Assembly: GCF_009914755.1 (NCBI RefSeq)
Contig: NC_060926.1
DNA length: 64,000 bases
Strand: one strand, 5' to 3'
Source: the human T2T-CHM13v2.0 reference genome, Homo sapiens
Below are positions 14,169 through 29,619 of this stretch, one piece after another. The notes below the pieces were generated by a model. It saw nothing but the letters and a program-made list of their open reading frames with translations. It was not told where the DNA came from and searched no databases. The position numbers were made by a program, and so were the translations under genes. Within the stretch, counting starts at the first letter, position 1. Every line of letters starts with the position of its first letter.

Positions 14169-17100
14169 ATTTCTTTACCATTTTTAGCTACTAGTCTGTT
14201 CACAATTACACTTTTGAATTTCTGCCCTTTACTTCCGTTCCACTTCTCCCACAGAAAGGAAAAGGTTCTTCATTTAAGTATAATTTGCAAATTCCCTAGA
14301 ATTCACTCAACTTTTTGTTTTCCTTATAAACAAAACAAAATTCAACTTCTCTCATCTATGTCAGACATGCAGGGAATAAAAAAAGATAACAAATAGAAAA
14401 ACAACCTGCAAACTCCACATTATACAAATATTAAGTTACTCTTGTTTGCAATTAATAATGAAATGTTTTCAGTCTCTTTGCCCTTTGAATCTTGGCACTG
14501 AGTTTCTACTCCTATTTATCCAGTTCCTCAAAGGGAAATACTGGATCACCTTGCTTTTCAGTTCTTTTCCTTTCCATTGGCAAAGCAGGAAAGCAAGCAC
14601 AAAACCATGAGTATTCATTTCTATGGGTCTGCAAAAACTTAATTATTTTCTATTTTTTAATCTGGAGTCACCCAACAGCCCTTACTAAACATCAACAATT
14701 CCCCTTTTTTCTTTGGTGAATGCCTTAATCTGTTGAAAAGAATTCCCTTAATCAAGTCTGCTTATTTACATATCTAAGTAAAAACTTAAAGAAAATTTGA
14801 ATATATGCTGACCAATTTAGGGAAATAGTGGGATTTTTTTTCCCCAACATTTGAAACAATTGTGTGATCTGGAAGATATTGGTAGGTTTCCTGGAATAAG
14901 ACAAGCAGCATTATTTCTTCCTTTTCCACAACCCTTGGAGAATTAAAACATGTCTGTGTCAAAATCTGTGTTTCCCCAAAATGCAGCCTGGAAAAATGTA
15001 ACTGATCATCATTCCCCAGGAAAAGAAGAAAAGAAATGCTAGAATTCTATGGCTCTACCACCAGATGAGAAATAACGTAACTGTAGCCAACTTTTGTCAG
15101 CGACTCACCCACATCCCCTCACATTTAACCAGTTCAGTGTTCATGGACCTGACTGGGCTCCTTCACCAAATAAAAAGAACATTGGAGGCAAAAATCCATT
15201 CATCTTACAGTGGAAGGACTATATCTTAAATCTACAAAAAACATAAAGTCCCTCTATTATGCTTTCCAAAGGAAAAGTGACTTTCTTTTACTTCAAATGC
15301 ATACTAGCCTCTCAACCAAAAGTTATTATTAAAGTCCGTTAGTAATATCATTATGAATTAAAGTCAATTAGTAATATCATTATGAACTAATTTATTGCCT
15401 ACTACATTTTTGGAGGAAAAGTAACAAAGTCAAGCGAAATATATATTTAAAACAAGAATGGTAATTGTAATGACTAATGTGAATACTTTCCAATTTTCTA
15501 AAACAATTATATTCCTTCACAGCTAACTTCCTGATCAATTTTTCCTATCAGGGCTACTAACTCAAAGAAAAATAGAAGGCATATAATATTAATATAATCT
15601 AAAATTTTAAGGTAAATATAATGCATTTTACTTATCAACTTTAAAAATTACAAACACTGAAAATTATAATAAAATCATTACTTTTAAATGTCCATATTTT
15701 GGTATATTTCATTTATTCAGTCATTGAACATTCATGGGGGGAGGGGGTCTATGACGTACAAGATACATCTTGTGGCCCATTTAATATTAGAAACAAAGGA
15801 AGGAATGGAAAAAACATCAAGTAAACACAATGCAACTCCACAATGAAATTTTTAAAAACCATATATAGAAGAGAGAAATTTCAGATTGCTAGCCTCAATG
15901 TTTATGTCTTTACAACTACATATACAAACACAGAAATAGTCATTCACTCACTCAACAAATGCCAAGCAATCATTAAACAGAAGACAATACTAGCCTATAC
16001 GATAAAAGAGTAGTACACTAATACTCATGTTGCTTAAAATTAAGTTGAAGTCAACTTTAGTATTTACTACTCTGGACTTATAATTTAAGGTAAGAAATCA
16101 ACATATTCAATAAAGACAATGAAAATTTGTGTTAGCACTTATTAAAAATTTAGAACCAAAAAATGCATCTGTTTATTTGGTATTTTATGTTTAAAGTTTC
16201 ACTCTGAACTTTATACATTAAAAATACTCATCTAGATTTGAAAAATCTTTTCACAAACGTAGAGAAGAAAATAACAAAAATAAACTTAAAATAAACTTAT
16301 AAGGATATTTTAAATTTAAAAATGTATTTAATGACCTAAGATAGAACTGATTAATTCTAATTTTAAAAAGCAGAAACTGTTTTTATATTCACACCAAAAG
16401 ATACAAATAAAGTTATGTCATTTGCTCTCAATATTTAGTCAATTTCAAAATTAATATAATGTTGAGTACAGTCTTTCCCACAAGAAATCTATTAGTGTTA
16501 GCAAAAATATTCAAAACAACATTTTGTATTTAATGTATGGGAAGATATATGAAATCAAGAAATGTTGAATAGATTTCAAGTATTAAAGAAAAACCAAAAA
16601 AAAAAACCAAAACAATTATCAAATAATTCAGTGAAATAAAAAATATAAAGAGCTGTTACATAAATTTAGTATTATTGATTTGTATAGATCAGATGAGTTT
16701 AACCTTAAAACAAAGTTTATGTGACCTCTAAAATTCAGGTGGGGCTTTAATAACCAAGGCATTAATCATAATATTAAGAGGCCAATAATGCAAGAGGCCA
16801 GAAGCCTACCTTAATGAACTGATATTAAATTTCTTAGATACATTATTTTCTTAAAATTTATGTCTACAGTCTCTGAATCCCCTCTAGCTGATTATGGGAA
16901 AAAGAAAGACAGCAGGAGAAATAAACTTTTCAAACCAGAACCCAATTTTTTCCAGGTTACTTTCCTTCAGTTTACCTCAATAAACTGGCAGAGTTGGTGA
17001 AAAATAGGAGGTACGTTATTTAGTAAAAAAAAATTTTTTTTCTATCATTTGAATTTCACCATTTCTGTATATGTTTTACACAAATTTCTAAACTTAGTGT

Positions 17101-17185
17101 TTCCTCACTAAATTCAAGAAATAAATGTAAATCTTAAAATGTTTTGAAAAATCAAAATTGACATGCCTTTGAGAAGAAATTATCA

Positions 17186-17611
<426 letters not shown>

Positions 17612-17647
17612 TTAATGACAAACTGTATGGCAGACTAAGCATTATAG

Positions 17648-18012
<365 letters not shown>

Positions 18013-18214
18013 CAAAAGTTTCTTATTCTTGTTTCTAGCTTAAAAAAGACAAATCTTTCCATTAGCTCTTCTCAACAACAAAAAAATTTACTGAATGTGC
18101 CCACTACATTTTATTTAAATACTTCACAAGCATTGTATATACAAAAATTGGTAAATTTTCAGACTTCTTTCAGAACACATGTACCTAATAATTCTTGTAG
18201 CTCTAAGTATCAGT

Positions 18215-18450
18215 GATGCAATGTTGAGAAAACAGCATATTACAAGAGAATAAGTATGTGTTTAGAGTCATATATATGAGCAAAATCCTGTTTCTGCCCC
18301 TTACTTGGCTTTTTAACCATTGGTAAATTATTTAACCCATGCTGAGTCTGTTTCTTCTTAAGTGAAATAAGGATAACAACTACCTGCTAGGGTTGTTGAA
18401 AGAATTAAATGAGATATCATATGTTAAATAACTAGCACAATGCCAGCCAG
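18215..18450 (+). mobile_element. MIR
   Basis: MIR core-like tctgtttcttcttaagtgaaataaggataacaactacctgctagggttgttgaaagaattaaatgag. Confidence 0.65.
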
Positions 18451-18667
18451 AAAAATAATCTGCGCTTATTAACTACTATAAATTCCACATGCAAACAAAT
18501 TTCAATTACAGTGATATCAGAACACTAGAAGACCCGAATGCTTACTTTGCTTTATATTTTATTTCTCACTATAAAAACTAATATACTGATCTTCTATTTC
18601 ATAGTAAATATCAATGTGTTTGGCTTCTAATTCTGTAATTCTCATTTATTTTTGAGAATTTGAAAAA

Positions 18668-18878
18668 GTTTATTTTTAACTTTTAAGTTCAGGGGTACAA
18701 GTGCAGGTTTGTTACATAGATAAATCTGTGTCATGCAGGTTTGTTATACAGATTATTTCATCACCCAGGTTTTAAGCCTAGTGCCCATTAGTTATTTTTC
18801 CTGATCCTCTCCCTCCTCCCACCCTGCACCCTTTAAAAAGCCCCAGTGAGTGTTGTGCCCCTGTATGTATCCATGTGT
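18668..18878 (-). mobile_element. L1PA 3' end fragment
   Basis: acttttaagttcaggggtacaagtgcaggtttgttacatag...cctgatcctctccctcctcccaccc. Confidence 0.8.
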
Positions 18879-18974
18879 GACAGACTTCTTTCCCCCAAAA
18901 TGCTATATATACAAACAATAATTCACATCAATTTGGGGACAGTAATAGATCCCCTGAAAACTAAATTAAAAATT

Positions 18975-19160
18975 ATGCTTTATCTGACCATTTCAACTAA
19001 AATTTAGTCAATTAAATAAAATTAAAATCTCATTTCCTTAGTATCACTGGCCAAATCTTAAGTGTTTAATATCCACATAAGTCTAGTGCCTATTAGATGG
19101 CATAGACATAAAAGATTTCCAACATCTCAGAAGTTTCTATTGGACAGAGTTGGTCTGTAG
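18975..19160. mobile_element. MER3-like hAT-Charlie fossil
   Basis: Ends ...agaagtttctattggacagagttggtctgtag, similar to the MER3 terminus. Confidence 0.5.
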
Positions 19161-19765
19161 TGTTATCACGGTGTGATAACTGAAACTATTTTTCTCTGCT
19201 TTTTATTATTCAATATCGAGATACCTCTCTCTCAAGTACATGCCCCAAAAGGCAGAGGTTGTGAATATGTTGCTCACAACTGAATCTTAGTGTCTAGCAC
19301 ATAATAAGCATTCAATAGATATCTTACAGCTGACATTATAGTTTTGTTTTAGTTATACTAAGCTAGCAAAAACTAACTGAATTGTTAAAGGTCAGTTCTG
19401 AAAGCTATGAGTACGAGTAGAGAGTTAAGGAAAAAAAGTAGTAAGTCAACTTACATGTACTCTCAACTGATACACTCCCAAAGACAATGAGGGCTCCCTA
19501 TGTGCAGACTAAAGTTTTTTAGTTAGATACACATATTAACTAGATCACTTAAACAAAGATTAGGCCTTGTCCACAGCCTATTCAAGAATAGAAAATATGC
19601 TTATTTATAGCTCAATAATTTCATTATTCCTGTATGGGTTTTTCCTAGATAGAAAAGTTGAGTAAATTTATTTTTAAATAGTATGTATATACTCACACAC
19701 AATAATTTAACAAACAAAACATTAAAAAAATTCAACAAAAGTTTTATAACATAAAAGATTATGGT

Positions 19766-20073
<308 letters not shown>

Positions 20074-20186
20074 GATTATAGCATTAAGATTTTAGAAAAT
20101 CTATTTCTTGTCAACATACCTGGAAACTAAGATAATTGCTGCTATATATGGAACAGAAAATAGTCTAATAATAATTTTGCACTTAC

Positions 20187-21274
20187 ACTGCCACATTTTT
20201 TCTAAGGGTATATTCATCCAAATCGTCATCAGAGCTGCTATCAGTTGCATCGGAATCCAAACCCTCTTCAACATGAGACAACAGCCCTGTAGCAGAAAAT
20301 GCAAATCTTTGGATTTCCGCAGCTGTACACCGTGCAAAGCCATTTTTTGCATCATCCCACAATTTATTCTCTGCAGTCAATGTGTTAACTTCTGGCTTAA
20401 TTTCAGTGCATTTAGGTAAACTATTACCCAAAATTGTGGTAGGTTCATGAAATGTCTTCATTTTGGGGAGTTGATGTTTCATAGACAATTTCATCTGCTG
20501 ACCATAGTGCTTAACAACATGCTTTGCCAGGAGCATCTGCAAATGTTTCTGAGTTCTTCTAGCCTGGCTAAGTAAAATTTTCTGTTTGCTTACACAATGA
20601 AGTAAACGAGCATGTACTTCCTCCTCTTTTTCAGCAGCTGAAGAACTAACAGGCACATTTGAGTGGCCAGGTACAATTTTCTTTTGAGTACAGTGCAATA
20701 AACCCTTTTTAATCTCAGCATCAGTAACTTTATCCAAAAGTGCATTCTCTTGATACCATTTACAGTTTTGTAGTTGTACTTTATCTACATTAGTGTCTTT
20801 GGTTATATTTGAATCCAGAATAATTTGTACATCTTTCATGCACTGGCTCGTGGTATCTGATAGAGGCTCCTTTTTGATGAACTCTTCAGAATGAGAAAGA
20901 CAGATTTTACTGAGCTGAATGTTGCTGCCATTATACAGTATGTTTTTCAGCTTATTGCAACTGGGCTCCCCTAATTTCTTTTGTTTATAATTCTCATTGT
21001 GTTTATTTAATGTAGAATTAGATCTCATTAAAAAAACAGTCTGGTAATGTTTTGAAGACTGAGGGGAGCCAAAATGTTTTAAATTCACAAAATTAGTATT
21101 AAGAGTAGGTTCAGGAGTTGGAAATCCAAGCATCTGAGAAAAGGTGTCTCCCTTTAGCTTTTCATCTACAGTTCTGGGACTTTCCATGTAGAGCATCTTG
21201 TCAGACTCCATGGTACTTGGCAAAGATGAAAAGCTGATACCCTTTGCTGTTGCCTCCCTCAGAGCTGGGGTCAT
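20187..21274 (-). CDS. KANSL1L: KAT8 regulatory NSL complex subunit 1-like, first coding exon (exon 2; 1088 coding nt, ends phase 2)
   Basis: ORF reads MTPALREATAKGISFSSLPSTMESDKMLYMESPRTV...ARRTQKHLQMLLAKHVVKHYGQQM...EEGLDSDATDSSSDDDLDEYTLRKNVAV, which I recognise as the KANSL1L N-terminus with the KANSL1-like coiled coil and DSDxTDSSS motif. ATG at 21274 is in a GCCATGA context. Acceptor ttgtag|GTTTCC at 21303; donor GCAGT|gtaagt at 20187. Later exons lie beyond the left edge. Confidence 0.95.
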
Positions 21275-21303
21275 GGCGATTCCTGTAGATAAGTATTGGA
21301 AAC
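21275..21303 (-). other. KANSL1L: KANSL1L exon 2, 5' UTR portion (29 nt)
   Basis: T-rich tract and AG acceptor ending at 21304; a second candidate acceptor ctacag|G lies 21 nt downstream (exon start 21282). Confidence 0.8.
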
Positions 21304-21821
21304 CTACAATAATGTAAAAATAAATGGTCAAATATCTAGAAAAAAATTTTATGCTTATACTTTTTTCTAAGGGCAACATGTTCAATGTTTCTGATTAGAA
21401 CATGAAGGAACAAAACTCCTCCTTCATCTCCCAACTCCCAACATTATTTCAACAAAGATTAAGCTATTCTTCCCTCTGACTGGGGGCCTAATAGCTAAAA
21501 CCCCAATTAAAGCTACACATTGCTAGCACATAATAGGTGTTCAACAAATATTTGTGGATGTAATTACATCTCAGAATTCTATTTTTTGACAACATTTAAT
21601 TACAGTCAAAAGAAAAAAAAAAATCCAGCCTATAATCTGGTAATAACAATAGAAAATGTGACTCAATTGTGTACTTTCAGCCAAAAATAAGAATTGCTTA
21701 TCTTTATAAAATATAATAAATTTATCTAAACTTCTATTCCTGAAATTAATCATCACAGCCTGAACGGTATTAATAACAAGAACTAAAATATAATAAATAA
21801 TGTGTAAGAAGACCTAAGTGA

Positions 21822-22118
21822 GGCCGGACGTGGTGGCTCACACCTGTAATCCCAGTACTTTGGGGTGCCGAGGTAGGCGGATCACCTGAGATCAGGAGTT
21901 CGAGATCAGCATGGCCAACATGGTGAAACTCTGTCTCTACTAAAAATATAAAAATTAGCCGGGCATGGTGGTGGGCAACTGTAATCCCAGCTACTTAGGA
22001 GGCTGAGGCAGGAGAATCACTTCAACCCAGGAGGCAGAGGTTGCAGTAAGCAGAGATCACGCCAATGCACTCCAGCCTGCATGACAGAGTAAGACTCTGT
22101 CTCAAAGAAAAGAAAAAG
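21822..22118 (+). mobile_element. Alu (AluS-like)
   Basis: Full dimer; TSD gacctaagtga. Confidence 0.92.
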
Positions 22119-22689
22119 ATGACCTAAGTGAACAGAACTAAAAACATATAACTTCACAGCTGTTAAAAATATGTGATAGTAAAAACTTGCCTAATGCAAT
22201 GTCTCCTCTAAACGTATCTGCAATTTTACCCTTTTCACAAATGAATATGCATCAGAATATGCATTTACTCCTGCCTAGAAAATAGCGGAGACAGTGTCAG
22301 ATAACCGCTAAAGATTTATCCCATAATTAAACAAATTTCATTGCATATTATCAAAAGTATAAATCCATATATTGATTCTCAGAAAAAGGCAACCCAGTAC
22401 CCTTAAACATTATGAAGGCTGAATAGTTTGTAAAATAATTTTATGTCATTAACAATTATAAGCTTTTAAAGATACCTAGTATTTTGTAACCTGATATGCC
22501 AAAATTTTTGTTTCAACACATAATAGTTGATAGTCATTTAAATGGCACACTCTCATAGTGTATGTCCCCAGGTGCTAGTTATAACTCTACTTCCTTTATT
22601 CCTACTTAAAAACACAAAACCAAAAGCTGATTCTTTACAAAGTCCAACAAAAATGATCAAGAAGAAAATAAAAGCACAACAATTTCTAT

Positions 22690-23650
22690 GTAATTAAAAA
22701 AACGGTTACTAGCAAAATGACAGACTAGGAGAAAATATTTGCAACATATATATCAGACAAATATTAGTTATCTAGACTATAGGAGGAATTCCTACAAATG
22801 AGCAAAAGATAGAGCAGTCAGGTACTTCACAGATGATGACATCCAAATGGTCATTAAACACAGACTTAATCATACTAGTAATGAGAGGAATATAGATTAA
22901 CAAAACAAGAGCCTAGTTTTCCAATCACCAAACTGATAAAAATTTTTTTTTTCTGAAAACATCACATACATATCATGAGATGTAAGACTTCTCATATCTA
23001 TTGGGATCATAAATTGGTTCAGTAATTTGACCACAATGTAGAAAATGTGTTTGTCAAACACATTTTTACCAAAGGGTAATGTTCATAATGGCAAAACATC
23101 CTTTCAAAACAATCTAGATGTCTAACAATAACAAAACAGAGAATAAAATGTGATGGAATACTATATTGCCATTAAAAAGGAATGACTTAAAGTATCAATA
23201 CAGAAAGACCTTAAAAACAGTATCAAGTTAAAAATAAAAAAGAACACTGTAAAATATATATATAGTATAGTACCATATAAATATAACACAAACACAAAAC
23301 CATACCATATATACGTATACATTTGTGTCTGTTTGCAAGAATAAAAAGTGAACCAGAAAAATACCTACCAAACTTGTACTAGTAGTTGCATCAAGTTAAG
23401 TTCCATGAAACAGAACTAAAAGTGATAGTTCAAGGGGATTTGCATTTTAACTACAAAATCTTATTACTTGAGGGGAAAAGACTAAATGCAAAATGAATAA
23501 ATGTTAATGGTTAATACTGAGTGAAAAAAATTATAGATGTTTGCCTTTTTATGTATACACTTTATTGTATAATGTCTCAAAATGTAATTTCTATATGAGT
23601 TTCTGTATGTCTCAAAATTTATACACTTTTATATAATGCCTCAAAAATAA
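22690..23650 (+). mobile_element. Old L1 (L1ME-like) 3' fragment
   Basis: gacagactaggagaaaatatttgcaacatatatatcagacaaa..., similar to L1 ORF2 end and 3' UTR. Confidence 0.6.
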
Positions 23651-24106
23651 GCAAATAGATTCCCATTTATCCTAAATGCAAAAAAAAAAAGAAAAAAAAG
23701 ATGGTTTTTTTCAGTTTATACTCTTTTATGGAAATAGAAAAACAATTCTAAAACAAGCTAGCATTAGGAAATTTCTTCCAAGATTCAAGTTGTTACTTGA
23801 CCAACTCAAAGACCTATGTCTTCTAATCAATAAACACCCACAATAGTATTTAGTGTCTACATTGTTCTCTGAGGGAAACTGCTTTAATCACGCTTCTTAT
23901 TGATGTTACAGCACTCCTCAAAAGATACTAAACTTTATCTCCCACACCACACACCTGTCCCTCTCAAAAATCTGAACAGCGTACTATGAATATAACCAAA
24001 CTAGCGAGCAGCAGAGACAGAAGGTGAAATATCACAAGGCAGGAAAATTCATCTTAGTCTCTGGATAAAGATACGGAAAAGCTAAATATAACAAGTAGAG
24101 AAAAGA

Positions 24107-24383
24107 CGTGGGTGCAGTGGCTCATGCCTGTAATACAAGCACTTTGGGAAGTCAAGGTGAAGGATTGCTGGAGCCCTGGAGTTCGAGACCAGCCTGGGCA
24201 ACATAAGGAGACTTCTCTACAAATACTAAAAAATGTCCTAGGTGTGGCGACATGTGCCAGTGGTCCCAGCTACTTGAGAGGCTAAGGCAGGAAGATCACT
24301 TGAGCCTGGACGTTGAAGCTGCAGTGAGCTGTGATTGCACCACTGCCCTCCAGCCTGAGCAACAGAGCAAAACACTGTCACAG

Positions 24384-24414
<31 letters not shown>

Positions 24415-24605
24415 TACACATGGCTGGGCACAGTGGCTCATGCCTATAATCCCAGCACTCTGGGAGGCCTAAGAGGTGGATCGTTTGAGCCCAGGACTTC
24501 CAGACCAGCCTGGGCAACATGATGAAATCCAGGCTCTGCAAAAAAATGATAGTGCCATTGCACTCCAGCTTGAGTGACAGAGCAAGACCCTGTCAAAAAA
24601 AAAGA
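24107..24605 (+). mobile_element. Two tandem Alus (full AluJ-like 24107-24412; internally deleted Alu 24422-24605)
   Basis: First copy has a long A tail; second jumps from the middle A-linker to gatagtgccattgcactccagc. Confidence 0.85.
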
Positions 24606-24754
24606 AAGCAGATTAGTATTTAAGAAATACAATTCGTAGCAAAAAGAGAAAGGGAAAAAATGCAAAGATTAAAAGTGGCTAAGGCCCATTTATGGTAGAG
24701 AACTAGAATAAAACATATATACAAAATCTCTGGGTGAGATCTCTAGGGCTTACC

Positions 24755-25280
24755 GGTAGGACAGGTAGCTTCCAAAATAACCTTAATAATCCCCACCCTC
24801 TTCGTATTCATGCCCTTGTTTAATCCTCTCCTAGAACAGGGACTGGATTTAGTAACTCACTTTTAATGAAAATGTAGCAGAGGTGATAAGATGACTTCTG
24901 AGATTAGGTAACAAAGAGACTGTGGCTTCCATCTGGCCACCCTCTCTTATTCAGGGAAGCCAGCTGCCATGTTATGAGCTAGAAAGACCCACATGGTATA
25001 GAAATGATGTCTCCAACCAACATATAGCAAAGAATCTGAGGCCTGCTAACAGCCATGTGAGTGATCTGAGAAACAGATCCTTCCCAGTAATGCCTTTAGA
25101 TGACTGTTGCCCTAGCCAACACCTTGATTAACAACAGCCTTATGAGAGACCTTGAGCCAGAGGCACCCAGCTAAGCTTACATGCCTACATTCTTGACCCA
25201 CAGCAATTATGAAATAACACGTAATTTAAGCCACTAAATTTGGGGGTAATATATTACACAGTAATAAATAATGAATACAC
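24755..25280 (+). mobile_element. MaLR solo LTR (MLT1E/F-like)
   Basis: gtattcatgcccttgtttaatcctctcc...ttaagccactaaatttgggggtaatattacacagtaataaataatgaataca. Confidence 0.7.
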
Positions 25281-25589
25281 TTGGATATGAAGACTTTTAA
25301 GCTCTAGTCTATGAAAGTCCGGGACATATCATAGCTCTTATTCAGGGATTTCCATTAAGTCCTTCTGTATTCTATTCCCAAGTGTATCCTTATAAAAAAA
25401 AAAAAAACCTAGCCTAAGTAAGTCTCTCTACTTTGCAACCAAAAGAAACTAATGAAAATAGCTATGTCTCCTATAAATAAAAAAGATTAAATTATGTTCA
25501 GTATAGTTTTAGCACAAAATATAAGTACATTTCTTCCAATTATTTAAATTATCTAGATATATAATCATTTTACATAACAATGTTTCCCA

Positions 25590-26270
25590 ACTGAATATTC
25601 TAAACTACCACTTCTGACGACCTCCATATTATATAAACAACTACACTTATCACTAACACTTCTAAGCTCTATTAAAGGCTTGGATTTTTGAACAGTTTTG
25701 TTAACTACTGTATCCTCAACATGCAAATCTATTTGACATACAGAAGATGCGCAACAAATAACCTGGTGAGAAAATGAGTGGTTGCCAGTATATTTAAAAT
25801 CCAAAGTTGTCCTTACGATAGCCTACAAAATTGGTATTATCAGGTTCCTGACTACTTTGCCTTCTACAACTCTTTCCATGAATTACTGCACTCCAGAAAC
25901 ACCGGCCTCTATGCTGTATTTGAAACACACCAAGCAAGTCTCTTGACACAGTGACTTTGTGTTTGCTATTCTCTCAGCCTGAAACAATTTTTTACAAATA
26001 AGATGGCTGGCTCCCTCACTTCATTTACTTCTGCTCTAAGGTCACCTCATCAGAGTCCTTCCCTGACCAATATATTTTAAATAGCTTCAGCCTCTTGGTT
26101 CATGACTCTCCATTCCCTTACACTGCTTTATTGCTCTTCATAGCACTATTGCCACCTGACATTATATTACATTCTAGGAAAGAATGTAGTTTAAGTGCAA
26201 GAACTCAATGATCTAATCTCCAGCACTAGAATAATGCCTGGCACACAGTAATTATCATGTATTTGTTGAC
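25590..26270. mobile_element. L2 fragments
   Basis: L2 3' motifs such as ggtcacctcatcagagtccttccctgacc and tgcctggcacacagta...tatttgttga. Confidence 0.6.
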
Positions 26271-26423
26271 TAAATTCATAAATTAATTGATCATGATATT
26301 TAAAGGCATTTCAGGATTTTGGTACTCACAAGTAGTAACAACACCTATTTCAATTACTATTTTTTAATTGTACAAAACAACAAAATATAGAAAGGATACT
26401 ATGTTCAAGTATGGCTTATTTCA

Positions 26424-26768
<345 letters not shown>

Positions 26769-27675
26769 CTAAAGAGAAACCATATGATGTCAATAAATGG
26801 AGAAAAAGCATTTGACAAAATTCAATATCCATTCATGAGAAAAACTCAGCAAATTAGGAAGGAGAGGGAATGTCTTTAATCTGATAAAAAGCATGTACAC
26901 AAATGCCTATAGCTCACATCATAATTAATGGTGAAAGACTGAATGTTTCTGCCCTAAGACTGGGAATGAGGCAAGGTAGACATTTCTCACCACTCATACT
27001 CAATGTTGTACTGGAGGACCTAGTTAGTGCTGTAGAGCAAGAAAAAAAAAAGAAATAAAAAGCACAGATTAGAAAGTAAGTAAAACTGTCTCTATTCACA
27101 GATGACGTGATTTTCTACATAGAAAATCCCAAGGGATTGAACTCCTCGACTAATGAATTTAATAAGGCAGCAAACACAAGGTCAACCTACAAAACTCATT
27201 TATATTTCTATATGCTAGAAATAAAAAACTAGAAATAGAAATTTTTAAACAGTAATAATTCCAACACCTGCAAAAATGCTTTGGTATAAATCTAAACACA
27301 AGATGATGCACATGGTCTTTATACTGAAAAATACAAAACACCCATAAAAATATCAAGACCTAAATAGTGCATTACACTATGTTCACAGATAAAACTATTC
27401 AATATTGTTATGATGCTAATTCTCCTCAAACTGATTTATAAGTTTAGATACAAAATCTTGGCAGGACATTTTGCTGATATCTACAAGCTAATTCAAAGAT
27501 TTATATGAAAGTTAAAGGAACCAGAATAGCCAAAACAATTTGGAAAAGAACAAAGTTGAAGGATTCACACAACTTACCAATTTCTAGTAGACAAGACAGT
27601 GTGGCATTAGCAAAAGGATGAACACATATATGGAAAAAAACAGAGCTCAGGAACAGACCCACGCACATACGGCCA

Positions 27676-27978
27676 ATTTTTTTTTTTTTTTTTTTTTGAG
27701 ACGGAGTTTCACTCTGTCGCCCAGGCTGGAGTGCAATGGCGTGATCTCGGCTCACCGCAACCTCCGCCTCCCAGGTTGAAGTGATTCTCCCGCCTCAGCC
27801 TCCCAAGTAGCTGGGATTACAGGTACCCGCCATCATGCCCAGCTAATTTTTGTATTTTTGTAAAGATGGGGTTTCACCATGTTGGCCAGGCTGGTCTTAA
27901 ACTCCTGACCTCAGGTGATCTGCCTACCTCAGCCTCCCAAAGTGCTAGGATTACAGGGGTGAGCCACTGCGCCTGGCC
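27676..27978 (-). mobile_element. Alu (AluS-like)
   Basis: Poly-T followed by a full antisense dimer. Confidence 0.92.
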
Positions 27979-28620
27979 TGATTATTTTGACAAAGATAGC
28001 AAGGCAATTAAATGTAGAAACCTTGTTTCTTAAATCATATCATTCTAAACTAATTGGACATCCATAGGGAAAAAAAAATGAAACTGAATACGTATTTCAT
28101 ACCTTATATAAAAATGGTCAGACCTATCAGAATGAATCATGAGCCTAAATGTAAAACCTGTAACTATACAACTTCTAGAAAAAATGTTTGTGACACTGCT
28201 TTAGGCAAAGCTTTTTTTAGATATGACACCAAAAGCATTATTCACAAAAAGTTGCTAAATTGGACTTCCTAAAAATTAAATACTAAATAAACTTTTTAAA
28301 ATAATTATTTAAAATAGAACTGTTGGGAACCTCTGACATATATATTCAGAAGATAATGTGTTCAAGAGTTCGTAGAAATTAGATGTACATATTACTGAAA
28401 GTCACTGAGTTTATCATTCAGATTAATGCTGAATAGTGGTTTTGACCATGACATAGCTTTAAATTTTATTTATTTTTTTAGGTATTATTTCATTTATACA
28501 GATAGTAAACAATTTGTTCAAGGCAAAATGAGTAAGGAGGAATACTGATTTGAAAAGCATAAAAATTTTTTAAAATTTTTATTTTAAAGTTTGTGGGTAC
28601 AAAGATGGTGTATATATTTA

Positions 28621-28792
<172 letters not shown>

Positions 28793-28910
28793 TATATTTT
28801 TATCCAAAACTAATTGGACGTATCCAGCTGATATGAAGAATTGGTCTTCATATCCAAGTGTATTCATTATTTATTACTGTCTAATATATTACCCCCAAAT
28901 TTAGTGGTTC

Positions 28911-28913
<3 letters not shown>

Positions 28914-28957
<44 letters not shown>
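28914..28957. repeat. (TA)n microsatellite, ~21 units
   Basis: Direct reading. Confidence 0.9.
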
Positions 28958-28962
<5 letters not shown>

Positions 28963-28999
28963 CAATAAAAATTAAAAAATTAAAGAACTTGTTTCAAGA

Positions 29000-29545
29000 C
29001 AGAGTCAACAATGCTTGACAAAGACTTAACAGGAATTAAGGGAAAGGAAGGAATCAAGGATGACTCCTAGGTTTTTAGCTTGAGCAACTGGGTGGTCAGT
29101 GGTGCTATTTTCTGACCTAAGGGAGCAGACTTGGGGAGGAAGAAAGTTGAAGAAGAAAAAAATAAAAATTTCTGTTTTGGATATGTTACTTTTTAAGTGT
29201 CTTTTAAACATTCAAGTGGAAACAGCTATAAAAACAAGTCTGGAGTTCAAGCAAGAATTCATAATTAGAGAGATTATTTTGCAGAGTCACTGGCATATAA
29301 ATAGTATTTACCCTAGGGAGTGGGTATAAGCAAAGAGAAAGGAGCCCAGGACAAAACGTGGGGGTTTACTCACATTTACTTGAGCAAAGGAAGAGGAGCT
29401 ATAAAAGAGGAAGGACGCTAAAAGAAAACTGAAAAGATCATCATTGAGATAGGAGGAAATCCAGAAGTGTATGAAATCAAGATACCAACGTGTTTAGAAG
29501 TGTATAACATGGTCAGTTCTGTCAAATGCTAAACAGGTCAAGCAG
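29000..29545 (-). mobile_element. L2 fragment
   Basis: ggaatcaaggatgactcctaggtttttagcttgagcaactggg; translation AKNLGVILDSFLSL is L2 ORF2-like. Confidence 0.75.
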
Positions 29546-29619
29546 ATGAAGATAGCAAAGCCGATATTACTTTTTAAGGAATGTATTGCTTTTAAAAGGT
29601 TACATATTAACTAAATATC

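Noticed and set aside
21304-21385. N-terminal MNMLPLEKS... of the 400-aa ORF
   Set aside because: Lies upstream of the splice acceptor at 21303 and is intronic; the recognised start is ATG 21274.
23554-23646. Short imperfect repeats tatacacttt...tctcaaaa
   Set aside because: Low-complexity slippage at the end of an old L1; no sign of function.
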